Origin: an uncultured Candidatus Saccharibacteria bacterium
GTDB lineage: Bacteria; Patescibacteriota; Minisyncoccia; Phycocordibacterales; CSBR16-119
Assembly: GCA_964355515.1 (NCBI GenBank)
Contig: CAYHDV010000005.1
Span: 1-44,535, forward strand
Length of the DNA: 44,535 bases
Direction of reading: 5' to 3'
A program made the translations under genes and the position numbers. Shown here in pieces: positions 1-9,118 of the stretch. Each line of letters begins with the position of its first letter. Positions within the stretch are counted from its first letter, which is position 1. The notes under the pieces are model-generated. The model did not search any database. It worked only from the letters and a program-made list of their open reading frames with translations, and was not told the origin of the DNA.

Positions 1-351
1 TTTTTCTTGGCAAAAAAGGAACAAAAAGCCAAGACACCTCACTTTTTACTAAAAAAACCACAATTTTTCCTAAAGTCGCTAACCGGCTACGCCTTCAAGC
101 GCTCCTTCTTAACGAAAAAATTATGTTGTTTTCTTAACATAAAAAGTTCAAGTGTCGGGAAGTTTTGCAAGTGTTAGATGAGTGGTTTTTGACACTTGAG
201 CTTTAACTTTTAAAATATTCACGGTTTTTTTGATTAGTGCGTAGCTTTAGCGACAGCGATCAGCGTAGCACCAAAAAAACCGTGAGTTATTTTTTAGGTA
301 AAGTGAGGTGTCTTGATCTTTTGCCTACTTTTCTATTAAGAGAAAAGTAGG
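1..351. repeat. Nested inverted-repeat (REP/REPIN-like) intergenic element, possibly truncated at the window edge
   Basis: Perfect 16-bp IR CAAGACACCTCACTTT (30-45) / AAAGTGAGGTGTCTTG (300-315). Inner IR AAGTTCAAGTGTC / GACACTTGAGCTT (144-203). Hairpins CACGGTTTTTTTG / CAAAAAAACCGTG and CCTACTTTTCT / AGAAAAGTAGG. Confidence 0.75.
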
Positions 352-413
352 ATTATATTTCAGTGATGAAAAAGAAAGAGAAGTTTTGACAGGAAAAAAA
401 GAAATGGAGGCTT

Positions 414-1067
414 TTAATCATCTTTTTTGTAAAGACCTGGGATTATTGTCGGCACATAATCAGTAACTGCTTTTGTTAGATTCTTGAAAAAGCTTTTGCT
501 TAAGAACCTTAGGAACAGAACAACAACTATCACACCGAGGATCAACAAGAAATAATCTTTGAAGTTTGCCACACCTTGGGCTATTTCTGAAATATAGTTG
601 TGGAAATAATTTCCTACAAAAAGGACTGTCGGTACATACACGCAGAGGGCTATGAAGTCATAAAAAAGAAATGTGCTCCACTTCGTACGAACTCCACCAG
701 AGAGCACCGGCCCAAGAAAACGAAAATATATGACAAATCGTGATATGAAAATAATTTTCTTTACATGTTTTTTAATCCAATCCTCATTTTGGAAATTTTC
801 GCTTTTTATTTTACTTTTTAATTTATTTATAAACTTACCCCCGCGTCTTGATAGTGAAAAAAGAATAATATCTGATGTGAACATCCCTGCAATCATAATA
901 GGTATTACGATAAATATATTAAAAGCCCCAGTTCCTGTTAGATATCCAATAACAAGTAAAATAATTTCTTCCGGTGCAAGAGGAAAAGAATTTGCAATGA
1001 GTCCTATAAAAGCGATACCCCAGTAAGAAAAACTTCCAAGAGATTGAATTATTTCATTTAATTCCAT
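414..1067 (-). CDS. dedA: DedA family membrane protein
   Basis: PEEIILLVIGYL, G-x-FTSD and ISRFV..FR..GP motifs of the DedA/SNARE-associated family; hydrophobic throughout. Confidence 0.85.
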   Translation of the reverse strand: MELNEIIQSLGSFSYWGIAFIGLIANSFPLAPEEIILLVIGYLTGTGAFNIFIVIPIMIAGMFTSDIILFSLSRRGGKFINKLKSKIKSENFQNEDWIKKHVKKIIFISRFVIYFRFLGPVLSGGVRTKWSTFLFYDFIALCVYVPTVLFVGNYFHNYISEIAQGVANFKDYFLLILGVIVVVLFLRFLSKSFFKNLTKAVTDYVPTIIPGLYKKDD

Positions 1068-1104
1068 GTACGGATATTATACCTCATGTAGTACAATAAT
1101 ACAT

Positions 1105-1671
1105 ATGGATAAAGGTAAAAGATTTAAATTAATAACATTGGGAATTGCTTTTATGGGCCTATGTTTAGGGTTTTATGTCTTTGTTTGGAATAAGACTGAT
1201 GAGAAACTATATGATAGTGTGCATGATCCAAAAATAGAAGAGACTGGCTCTATACCAAAAGAAGAAGTAGAAATAGGAACGACAGGAGAAAGGATTTTCT
1301 CTGGAGAAGTCCTGGCAGGAGGCTCGTCTCCTTTGATTGATTTTAATGAAAAGGACTATCTAAAAGCCAAAGATTCTGGGAAAACTATTTTTCTTTATTT
1401 TTATGCAAAATGGTGCCCGACATGTAAAGCAGAGATCCGGGATTCACTGATCCCAGCATTTAATGAATATGGTGGATCTGATTTTGTTGGTTTCCGTGTA
1501 AATTACAACGATAGAGACACCGATGATATTGAAAAAGACCTTGCAGAAGAGTTTGGCATCTTGTATCAACATACAAAAGTAATAATTTCAGGTGGAGATG
1601 TCCGAGTATTCCCAAATGTATGGACTAAGAGCCAGTACACAGAAGAATTTTTAAACAATATACAAATATGA
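1105..1671 (+). CDS. Membrane-anchored thioredoxin-like protein
   Basis: N-terminal TM helix and FYAKWCPTC (CxxC) motif. Start moved to ATG 1105, which follows TACAAT at 1092-1097. Confidence 0.85.
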   Translation: MDKGKRFKLITLGIAFMGLCLGFYVFVWNKTDEKLYDSVHDPKIEETGSIPKEEVEIGTTGERIFSGEVLAGGSSPLIDFNEKDYLKAKDSGKTIFLYFYAKWCPTCKAEIRDSLIPAFNEYGGSDFVGFRVNYNDRDTDDIEKDLAEEFGILYQHTKVIISGGDVRVFPNVWTKSQYTEEFLNNIQI

Positions 1672-2144
1672 CAGCTTTCTTAATTTTCTTTTCTTTCTTT
1701 TTATTTATATTAGCAGGCCTGACCATTGTTCCGGCTCTTCCTGTAGTTCTTTTCCAGTTTTTACTAATTTTTGTTTTTGCTCTTGCGTCTTCTTTTGGAG
1801 TAATTTCCGGGGGTGAGCTATTTGTATTTGGGATAATAGCGGGGCTATCTCTGATTGTTGATTATAGCGCAGGGGCTGTTGGTGCGCGCCTTGGAGGCGC
1901 GCACCGGAGATCTGTCTTTGCAGGGATTATTGGAGGTATTACTGGGTCAATAATCTTTCCACCATTTGGAGCCTTTGTGGGGGTACCTTTGTTTGTGTAT
2001 GTATCAGAACTCTTTATCAAAAAGTCTCCAGAACAATTGATCAAAGCCACTGGATTTTCATTGCTCGGTGTCGTGGCAGGAGTTGTATTAAATGCCTTGC
2101 TCGCGTTTACCACAGCTATATTGTTTATAATATTTATTTTTTAA
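1668..2144 (+). CDS. DUF456-like membrane protein
   Basis: Hydrophobic, with VPALP, DY.AGAVGARLGGA and PPFGAFVGVP patterns typical of DUF456. ATGA overlap with the upstream gene. Confidence 0.7.
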   Translation: MTAFLIFFSFFLFILAGLTIVPALPVVLFQFLLIFVFALASSFGVISGGELFVFGIIAGLSLIVDYSAGAVGARLGGAHRRSVFAGIIGGITGSIIFPPFGAFVGVPLFVYVSELFIKKSPEQLIKATGFSLLGVVAGVVLNALLAFTTAILFIIFIF

Positions 2145-2163
2145 GTACAATGTATTTATAAAT

Positions 2164-2937
2164 ATGAAAAAATATATAATTTTATTAGCATGTTTTCTCC
2201 CAGGGTTGGCTTTTGGAGCAGGGTTTGTTCCAGACTCTATTTGGCTTTCCAATGATGCTCCATCTCATGGGGAAGTGATAGATATTTTTGTTACTGTTTT
2301 TAATACTGAAAACAAAAATCTAGAGGGGGATGTTTTGTATTATGACGGAGAGGTTCTTCTAGGTGAGATGCCAATTATTATTTCTCCAAATTCAGCCAAG
2401 CTTGTTTCATTTTCTTGGGAGGCGACACAGGGTGATAGGGTTATTTATGCCCAATTCAACGGAAAGGGCTTACCATCAGAAGAAACAAAAAAGATAAGAC
2501 TTCGTGTAAAGCAACCCATTGTCCCTGAGGTGTCAGATGAAGAAAGCAAAGAACCAGATGGCGAGGAAAAAGCTGGTGATAAACTTCCCTCTGGTAGTGT
2601 AGAAGATTTTGCAAAAAAAGCAGTAGAGAAAACTGTTTCTTTGGCAGAAGATGGTTTTTCTAAAACAGAAGAAGGGCGTGATTCTTCCTTGAATTTTTTT
2701 GAGAGATCAAAAGAGAGCACTCAAGACAAAAAAGATGCCCTTTTGTCAGACAAAGATAAAAAGACTAATTCAGAATTTTCTTATAACGTAAAAAAGGTTT
2801 TGCTTACAGCTCTTATTTGGCTCTTGGCTGTGCTTGTGTTTATTTCCACTTATAAAATCCTTTTTTACGGTGTAATCATCGCCCTACTGTATCTCTTGTA
2901 TAAGACTATCAGGAGAAGAAGAGAAGCTTACGACTAG
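2164..2937 (+). CDS. Exported membrane protein with Ig-like (CARDB-like) beta domain and C-terminal TM hairpin
   Basis: Signal peptide, beta-rich segment (IFVTVFN...VSFSWEA), charged linker, two C-terminal TMs followed by RRRR. Confidence 0.6.
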   Translation: MKKYIILLACFLPGLAFGAGFVPDSIWLSNDAPSHGEVIDIFVTVFNTENKNLEGDVLYYDGEVLLGEMPIIISPNSAKLVSFSWEATQGDRVIYAQFNGKGLPSEETKKIRLRVKQPIVPEVSDEESKEPDGEEKAGDKLPSGSVEDFAKKAVEKTVSLAEDGFSKTEEGRDSSLNFFERSKESTQDKKDALLSDKDKKTNSEFSYNVKKVLLTALIWLLAVLVFISTYKILFYGVIIALLYLLYKTIRRRREAYD

Positions 2938-3040
2938 TTTTTTAAATAGCCTGGTATAGCGTATAATAGATAAATAGCCCGAAAGAAAGGCTGATTATTG
3001 AGTTTTTCCTTATAAATTCAGATTAAGTACATAGATTAAC

Positions 3041-3295
3041 ATGAAAAGAATTGGCTGGTTTTTGTTGATACTGTTTTCTATATTTTTCCTCCCATGGTAT
3101 TTGACCATGATTTTTGGACTAGCAGGATTTATTTTTTTTACCGAATATTACGAAGGGATATTTCTGGGTTTTTTGTATGATGCTCTTTATTTTTCAGTCG
3201 GAGGAGGCCAGACTATTCCGGTATGGTTTTTTTGTGGAGTAGGGTTATTTTTTCTTATCTATTTTATCCGACCAAGAATAAGAGCTTATGTTTAA
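3041..3295 (+). CDS. Small integral membrane protein, possibly MreD-like
   Basis: 84 aa, three hydrophobic segments with a GFLYD motif, overlaps the pbp2 start. The MreD call rests on position only. Confidence 0.5.
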   Translation: MKRIGWFLLILFSIFFLPWYLTMIFGLAGFIFFTEYYEGIFLGFLYDALYFSVGGGQTIPVWFFCGVGLFFLIYFIRPRIRAYV

Positions 3296-4991
3296 TTTTT
3301 TTAAAAAGAAAAAAAGATTTTTTGACGATATAGATCCGGATGATATTTTTCTAGATTCTCAAAATATCTCATCTCTAGACACTCAGCAATTTGAAGGAAA
3401 AATTGAAAAAGCTATTCCAGAGAAATCAATATACATACTCTTTTTTTCTTTCGTTTTGGTTAGCTTTATCTTTACTATTAAGTTGCAAGCACTTCAGATT
3501 CAAGATGGAGAATCTTTTTTAGAAAAAAGTAGAAACAATAGCTTGTCTCAAAATATTTTATTTTCAAACAGGGGAGTTATCTATGATAGAAACTTAGAAG
3601 AACTTGCATGGAACGAAATTCTAGATCTAGAGAGTGAAGAGATATTTCCTCATAGGGTTTATACCGACAAACAGGGATTTTCTCATGTATTGGGGTACGT
3701 GGGTTACCCAGAAAAAGACTCAAAAGGTTTTTATTGGCAAAAAGAATTTATTGGGAAAGGAGGAATTGAAAAATTTTATAACGAGGCATTGAATGGTAGA
3801 AATGGCTTGAAGTTGATTGAGCATAACGTGCAGGGGGATGTTACTTCTGAAAATACTGTAGAAGCTCCTATTGATGGTGAAAATATTGTCCTGACTATTG
3901 ATGCCGGTCTTCAAGAGGTTTTATTCCAAGCAATAAAAAGTCTTACAGAATCAAACAAATTTATCGCAGGGACAGCTCTAATCATGGATATTGATACCGG
4001 AGAATTAATTGCTTTGACAAGCTATCCAGAATATGACTCTGAAGTACTTTCTCTCGGTGAAGACACAGGGAAAATAAATGAGTATCTAACAGGGGCCAAC
4101 AAGCCACTTATCAATAGAGCACTTTCTTCATATACTCCAGGTTCTATCGTAAAACCTTTTTTGGCAATGGCTGCGCAATATGAAAATATTATTGAGCCAG
4201 ATGAATGGCTTGTTTCAAATGGTCAGATCATTGTCCCAAACCCTTTTGACCCAAGCAACCCTACAATTTTCAAAGATAACCATGTCCATGGATTGGTTGA
4301 TATGAGAAAAGCTATTGCTGTTTCTGCGAACACTTATTTTTATGAAATAGGTGGTGGATTCAATGGAAGAAAAGGTCTAGGTATTGATAAAATTGGGAAA
4401 TATATGAGAGAGTTTGGTTTTGGTTCGCCAACAGGCTTTGATACTTTGGGAGGTGAAGCCTCTGGAGTGATACCTTCTCCTGAATGGAAGAAAAAAACCT
4501 TTGCTGAGGGTGCATGGAAACTCGGAGATACCTACAACTCTTCTATCGGTCAGTATGGTTTCCAGTTCACCCCACTTCAAGCCCTAAAGGGTGTGGCGAC
4601 AGTGGCAAGTCGAGGAAAGGTGGTTACTCCTCACATAGTCAAGACGGATATTTCAGAAGAAGATATTACAGAGATTGAAACTCCATTTACGGATGAAGAA
4701 TGGACAGTGGTTCACGAGGGTATGAGGCAGGGAGTTACAGATGGTACCTCAAGCTTCTTTGATCTTGAAAGTGTAGAGGTGGCAGCTAAAACAGGTACAG
4801 CCCAAGTCGGGGTGGGAAATATTTACTCTCACTCATGGTCCACAGGATTTTTCCCATATGACAAACCCAAATATGCTTTTGTAGTATTCATGGAGAAAGC
4901 CCCTCGAGGATTTACCCTGAGTGCAAACGCTGTTATGAGAGAGGCCTTCTTATGGATGAAAGACAATAATCCTGAATATCTAGAAAATTAA
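3288..4991 (+). CDS. mrdA: Class B penicillin-binding protein, PBP2-type
   Basis: TM anchor; RGVIYDRN, HVLGYVG and GKGGIE motifs; SxxK (PGSIVK), SxN (SAN) and KTG motifs. Confidence 0.88.
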   Translation: MFNFFKKKKRFFDDIDPDDIFLDSQNISSLDTQQFEGKIEKAIPEKSIYILFFSFVLVSFIFTIKLQALQIQDGESFLEKSRNNSLSQNILFSNRGVIYDRNLEELAWNEILDLESEEIFPHRVYTDKQGFSHVLGYVGYPEKDSKGFYWQKEFIGKGGIEKFYNEALNGRNGLKLIEHNVQGDVTSENTVEAPIDGENIVLTIDAGLQEVLFQAIKSLTESNKFIAGTALIMDIDTGELIALTSYPEYDSEVLSLGEDTGKINEYLTGANKPLINRALSSYTPGSIVKPFLAMAAQYENIIEPDEWLVSNGQIIVPNPFDPSNPTIFKDNHVHGLVDMRKAIAVSANTYFYEIGGGFNGRKGLGIDKIGKYMREFGFGSPTGFDTLGGEASGVIPSPEWKKKTFAEGAWKLGDTYNSSIGQYGFQFTPLQALKGVATVASRGKVVTPHIVKTDISEEDITEIETPFTDEEWTVVHEGMRQGVTDGTSSFFDLESVEVAAKTGTAQVGVGNIYSHSWSTGFFPYDKPKYAFVVFMEKAPRGFTLSANAVMREAFLWMKDNNPEYLEN

Positions 4992-4995
4992 TATA

Positions 4996-5024
4996 TTGCA
5001 AAAATATTGCCCTATCTGTATAAT
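4996..5024 (+). promoter_or_regulatory. sigma70-type promoter of greA (leaderless spacing)
   Basis: TTGCAA (4996-5001), 17-nt spacer, TATAAT (5019-5024), then ATG at 5032. Confidence 0.7.
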
Positions 5025-5031
5025 CAAACAG

Positions 5032-5496
5032 ATGACAGATCAAGAATTTATAACAAAAGAAAAACTGGCAGAACTAGAAGGAGAGCTTCATGGGCTGGAA
5101 ACTATTCGACGTAAAGAGATTTTAGAGGCGTTGGAATATGCCAAATCTCTTGGTGACTTATCAGAAAATGCAGAATACCACCAAGCACGAGATGACCAAG
5201 CTCGTCTTGAAGACCGTATTTCTACTATCAAGACATTATTGCAGAATGCAGTTATTGTAAAACTTCATACTAGTAATATCGTTGAGGTTGGTACGACTGT
5301 TGTGGTAAAGAAAAAGGGTGATACAAAAGAACGGACATTTCAGATCGTGGGCTCTGAAGAAGCTGATATGACACTAGGGAAAATCTCTTACAAATCTCCT
5401 CTAGGAGAAGCCCTTCTGGGAAAGAAGAAAGGTGATTCCGCTCACTTTGAAACTCCAGTTGGAATGACTGAATATTTGATTGTAAAAATTCAATAA
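5032..5496 (+). CDS. greA: Transcription elongation factor GreA
   Basis: GDLSENAEY and ISYKSPLGEALLG signature motifs. Start moved to MTDQE. Confidence 0.96.
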   Translation: MTDQEFITKEKLAELEGELHGLETIRRKEILEALEYAKSLGDLSENAEYHQARDDQARLEDRISTIKTLLQNAVIVKLHTSNIVEVGTTVVVKKKGDTKERTFQIVGSEEADMTLGKISYKSPLGEALLGKKKGDSAHFETPVGMTEYLIVKIQ

Positions 5497-5526
5497 TATA
5501 AAAACCGCCCACTGGCGGTTTTTATA
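5497..5526 (+). terminator. Rho-independent terminator
   Basis: TATAAAAACCGCC-CACT-GGCGGTTTTTATA. Confidence 0.8.
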
Positions 5527-5564
5527 TTTACCCAGATCTGTATTTCCTGTATACTTCTTTGTAT

Positions 5565-7052
5565 ATGGCATCAATTGAAGAAATTAGAACAGGGAAATTG
5601 GAAAAGATTGAACTTCTTAAAAAATATGGGATGGATCCTTTTGCCAAGGACGCTATTCGTGACCTCACCCTTGGGGACGCCGTTCAGAGATTTTCTGATC
5701 TTGAGAAATCTGGAGAGGAGAAAACCATTGCAGGAAGAATAATGATTCTTCGTGGTCAGGGAGCGATTATGTTTGCTGTACTTCGTGATGGCACAGGGGA
5801 GTTTCAGGTAGTTTTCAAAAAAGATGAAATGGAAGAAAAACTTTTTGAACTTTTTTCCGACGCTGTTGATATGGGGGATTTTATTTCAGTAACGGGGATA
5901 TTTTTTGTGACTCAACGTGGGCAAAATAGCTTGCTAGCAAAGACTTGGAAAATGGCGACAAAAACTCTTCTTCCTCTCCCAGAAAAATGGGCAGGTCTTC
6001 AAGATGTGGAAGAGCGATACAGAAAACGATACTTGGATATACTTTCAAACCCTGAGGTTTCAGAGAGATTTGTTGTCCGTTCAAAGATCGTTTCTGCTAT
6101 TAGAAAATATTTTGATGAAAAAGGATTTATTGAAATAGAAACTCCTATCTTACAAGGTCAGGCTGGTGGAGCAATGGCTAAGACATTTAAGACTCATCAC
6201 AATGATTATGATTTGGACATGGTGCTTCGGATATCACTTGAGCTAGAGCACAAGATGCTGATGGTGGGAGGATACGACAGGGTATATGAAATAGGAAAGA
6301 ATTTTAGAAACGAAGGGTCTGATTCAACTCATATCCAAGAATTCACAATGATGGAATGGTATGCAGCCTATGAAAGTTTGGAGACAAACATGAATTGGAC
6401 AGAAGAGCTTTTGAAACACTTGGCAAAAGATGTTGTGGGTAAGACAGAGTTTACTGTATATGATAAGAATGGAGAGGGCGTGACGGTAGACTTCAGTGGA
6501 GTATGGACACGAAGAAGTTTTGCAGAAATTGTAAAAGAAAATACTGGAATTGATATTCTTTCTGCCGGCCGAAAAGACCTTGAAGAAAAAGCAGGGGAGT
6601 TTGGTATGGATGCTAAAGAAATAAAGAAAACAGGAGATGCAAATCTAATGGATTTTATATTCAAGAAGTCATCAAGACATAAGATTATTCAACCAACATT
6701 TGTGACCAACTATCCTGGGGCACTTAAACCTCTCGCTCAACAAAACGCAGATGGTACAGCAGACGTGGCTCAGCTGGTGATTGCGGGATCTGAGATTACA
6801 AATCAATATGCTGAGCTTGTTGACCCTATTCGTGAAAGAGAGTTACTCGAGATGCAAGCACAAGCAAAAGAAGGAGGAGACGAAGAAGCCATGGATGTAA
6901 ATGAAGAATTCCTTACTGCTATGGAACACGGCATGCCACCTATGACAGGATTTGGGATGGGAATAGACAGACTTGTGGCAATTCTTACTGAACAAAAAAA
7001 CTTGAGGGATACAATTTTCTTTCCGATTATGAAGCCGAGAGATGGGGAGTAG
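5565..7052 (+). CDS. lysS: Lysine--tRNA ligase (class II)
   Basis: OB-fold N-terminus; RYRKRYLD, EIETPIL, FRNEG and GMPPMTGFGMGIDRL motifs. Confidence 0.97.
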   Translation: MASIEEIRTGKLEKIELLKKYGMDPFAKDAIRDLTLGDAVQRFSDLEKSGEEKTIAGRIMILRGQGAIMFAVLRDGTGEFQVVFKKDEMEEKLFELFSDAVDMGDFISVTGIFFVTQRGQNSLLAKTWKMATKTLLPLPEKWAGLQDVEERYRKRYLDILSNPEVSERFVVRSKIVSAIRKYFDEKGFIEIETPILQGQAGGAMAKTFKTHHNDYDLDMVLRISLELEHKMLMVGGYDRVYEIGKNFRNEGSDSTHIQEFTMMEWYAAYESLETNMNWTEELLKHLAKDVVGKTEFTVYDKNGEGVTVDFSGVWTRRSFAEIVKENTGIDILSAGRKDLEEKAGEFGMDAKEIKKTGDANLMDFIFKKSSRHKIIQPTFVTNYPGALKPLAQQNADGTADVAQLVIAGSEITNQYAELVDPIRERELLEMQAQAKEGGDEEAMDVNEEFLTAMEHGMPPMTGFGMGIDRLVAILTEQKNLRDTIFFPIMKPRDGE

Positions 7053-7071
7053 AGAATAATGGAGGTAAATA

Positions 7072-7144
7072 TAAAGGGGCGCCCAAAGGGCGCCCCTTTA
7101 CATTTTTTGAAACAAAAAAGCCCCGCCGAAGGCGGGGCTTTTTT
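7072..7144. terminator. Two tandem GC-rich terminator hairpins between convergent genes
   Basis: TAAAGGGGCGCCC-AAA-GGGCGCCCCTTTA (7072-7100) and AAAAAAGCCCCGCC-GAA-GGCGGGGCTTTTTT (7114-7144). Confidence 0.85.
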
Positions 7145-7340
7145 AGGTCTTGTACCAGAGCCGATTAAAAGAATCTTTTTTAACTTCTCCGTAAGTGGGG
7201 AAGTCGCTCTTTACTTTAATAACTTTTCCTGGCTCTAATTCTGTAAAAAAGAATGGGACCAGATGCCCATTACCAAATCTGGGAGGCTCTATTTGTAATC
7301 GTTTTTCCATAGGACGTAGTCTTTGAAATAAACAATACAA
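7143..7340 (-). CDS. Small hypothetical protein (start may be MEKRL)
   Basis: Fills the lysS-mraZ gap and its stop runs into a terminator hairpin. No recognisable motif. Confidence 0.4.
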   Translation of the reverse strand: MYCLFQRLRPMEKRLQIEPPRFGNGHLVPFFFTELEPGKVIKVKSDFPTYGEVKKDSFNRLWYKT

Positions 7341-7375
7341 GATTTAAGAATTTTTGTCCACCCCAGAAATACCAT

Positions 7376-7442
7376 GTGGAAAACTATTTGAGTATAGTGG
7401 GATAAAGTGGTGTATAATTAACCTAAGGTGGGATAAAGTGGG
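7376..7442 (+). promoter_or_regulatory. MraZ-binding GTGG repeats around the mraZ -10 box
   Basis: GTGGA 7376, GTGGG 7397, GTGGT 7407, TATAAT 7413-7418, GTGGG 7428, GTGGG 7438. The ~10-bp phasing matches known MraZ operators. Confidence 0.8.
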
Positions 7443-7455
7443 AAGCAATAAAATC

Positions 7456-7890
7456 ATGTTAATCGGAGAATACAAACACACCATAGATGACAAAAGTCGA
7501 ATATCTCTTCCGGCGAAATTTCGCAAGGAGATGGGTAAAAAACTTGTTATCACTTATGGTCTAGACCATTGTCTGTTTGTTTTTACTGAGAAAGAGTGGG
7601 CAACCATTTCTAAGCATCTTTCAGAATTTTCACTTTTGCAGTCTGATAATCGAAGTTTCAACCGATTCATGTTTGGAGGTGCTGTAGAAGCATCTGTGGA
7701 CTCTATCGGGAGAATATTGATTCCAGACCATTTAAAAAATTGGAGTTCATTGAAACAAAAGGGAGTAATAATTGGTGTTCAAAACAGATTAGAAATCTGG
7801 AGTGAGAACTCATGGAATTCTTACAAGAGAGAGGTTGAGAAGAGAGCTGATGGCTTGGCAGAAAAGCTCGGTGGAGCTGGTATTTTATAA
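7456..7890 (+). CDS. mraZ: Division/cell wall cluster repressor MraZ
   Basis: MLIGEYKHTIDDKSRISLPAKFR and VDSIGRILIP AbrB-like repeats. Confidence 0.96.
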   Translation: MLIGEYKHTIDDKSRISLPAKFRKEMGKKLVITYGLDHCLFVFTEKEWATISKHLSEFSLLQSDNRSFNRFMFGGAVEASVDSIGRILIPDHLKNWSSLKQKGVIIGVQNRLEIWSENSWNSYKREVEKRADGLAEKLGGAGIL

Positions 7891-7894
7891 AAAT

Positions 7895-8782
7895 ATGGAA
7901 AAGTCAGTTCACAAAACAGTCTTGTTAAAAGAAACCATAGAAGGTCTAAATTTGTCATCTGGAGCAGTTGTCGTGGACGGTACACTCGGCGGCGGCGGTC
8001 ACACAAAGTTGATTTGTGAGACATATGGAGATGCAAAAATATTTGCTTTTGATTTGGACAAAGGAGCAATAGATAGATCATCGAAAATATTATCAGGTTG
8101 CGATGTTGAATTTATCCAAAGCAACTTTCGAAATATTAAATCAGAACTTGAGAGAAGAGGTGTTCCCGAAGTGGATGGGATAGTCCTAGACCTTGGTTTC
8201 TCTTCAGACCAGCTAGAACAGTCAGAGAGAGGATTTTCTTTTCAGAAAGATGAGCCATTGGTCATGACTCTCGCAGACAGTGGAGAAGGTCTCACGGCAA
8301 GAGAAATAGTCAATGAATGGGGTGAAGAAACATTGGCGGATATCATATTTGGTTTTGGCGAAGAAACGTACTCCCGAAGAATAGCCAAAGCAATAGTCGA
8401 AGCCAGAAAACAGAACCCCATAGAAACAACATTTCAATTAAGAGACATTATCACAGAATCTGTCCCAAATTTTTATAAAAAAGGAAGAATAAATCCAGCC
8501 ACAAAAACATTTCAAGCAATCAGAATAGCAGTAAACGAAGAGCTGGAAGTTCTAAAAGAAGTGATGCAGGACGGATTTGAATTATTAAAACCAAAAGGAC
8601 GCATGGCGATAATCTCATTTCACTCTCTTGAAGATAGGATTGTCAAAAGATTTTTTAGAGAAAAAGAAGATAGCGGAAGAGGTCGCCGAATTACAAAAAG
8701 ACCAATTATCGGAAGTAAGGAAGAATTATCAGAAAACAAAAGAGCTCGAAGCGCAAAACTTCGAATTATAGAAAAAAACTAA
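7895..8782 (+). CDS. rsmH: 16S rRNA m4C1402 methyltransferase
   Basis: HKTVLLKE, VDGTLGGGGH, DLGFSS, FQAIRIAVNEEL, ISFHSLEDR and RARSAKLR motifs. Confidence 0.97.
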   Translation: MEKSVHKTVLLKETIEGLNLSSGAVVVDGTLGGGGHTKLICETYGDAKIFAFDLDKGAIDRSSKILSGCDVEFIQSNFRNIKSELERRGVPEVDGIVLDLGFSSDQLEQSERGFSFQKDEPLVMTLADSGEGLTAREIVNEWGEETLADIIFGFGEETYSRRIAKAIVEARKQNPIETTFQLRDIITESVPNFYKKGRINPATKTFQAIRIAVNEELEVLKEVMQDGFELLKPKGRMAIISFHSLEDRIVKRFFREKEDSGRGRRITKRPIIGSKEELSENKRARSAKLRIIEKN

Positions 8783-8783
8783 A

Positions 8784-9077
8784 ATGAATACACTTACAAA
8801 CAAAAAAACAAACTTAGCAAATGTAACTAAAAAATTGATGATTGGATCAGGAGTTGTATTCTTTGCTTACATATTCATATTGGGTAACACTATTTTTGAT
8901 GTTGTGGGAAGAAAAGTGGCTGAAACTGAGTCACGAAATCTTTTGGCTGAGATAAGTTCTCTTGAGCATTCTACTTTTGACTTGTACAAAGGGCTTTCTC
9001 TGGATGAGGCATCAAGGGTTGGTTTTGTGGAATCTACTCCTCACTTTGCTTCTCGGTCTCTTTTTGTAGTAAGATAG
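8784..9077 (+). CDS. FtsL-like cell division protein
   Basis: Short basic N-terminus, one TM, coiled-coil; sits between rsmH and ftsI. Confidence 0.55.
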   Translation: MNTLTNKKTNLANVTKKLMIGSGVVFFAYIFILGNTIFDVVGRKVAETESRNLLAEISSLEHSTFDLYKGLSLDEASRVGFVESTPHFASRSLFVVR

Positions 9078-9118
9078 GAGTATAAATTTGAAGGAAGTTA
9101 TTTCCTGCTTTTAACATA

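Noticed and set aside
2940-3040. Riboswitch in the leader upstream of the pbp2 operon
   Set aside because: Only a small AGCC/GGCT hairpin is visible, and I recognise no aptamer consensus.
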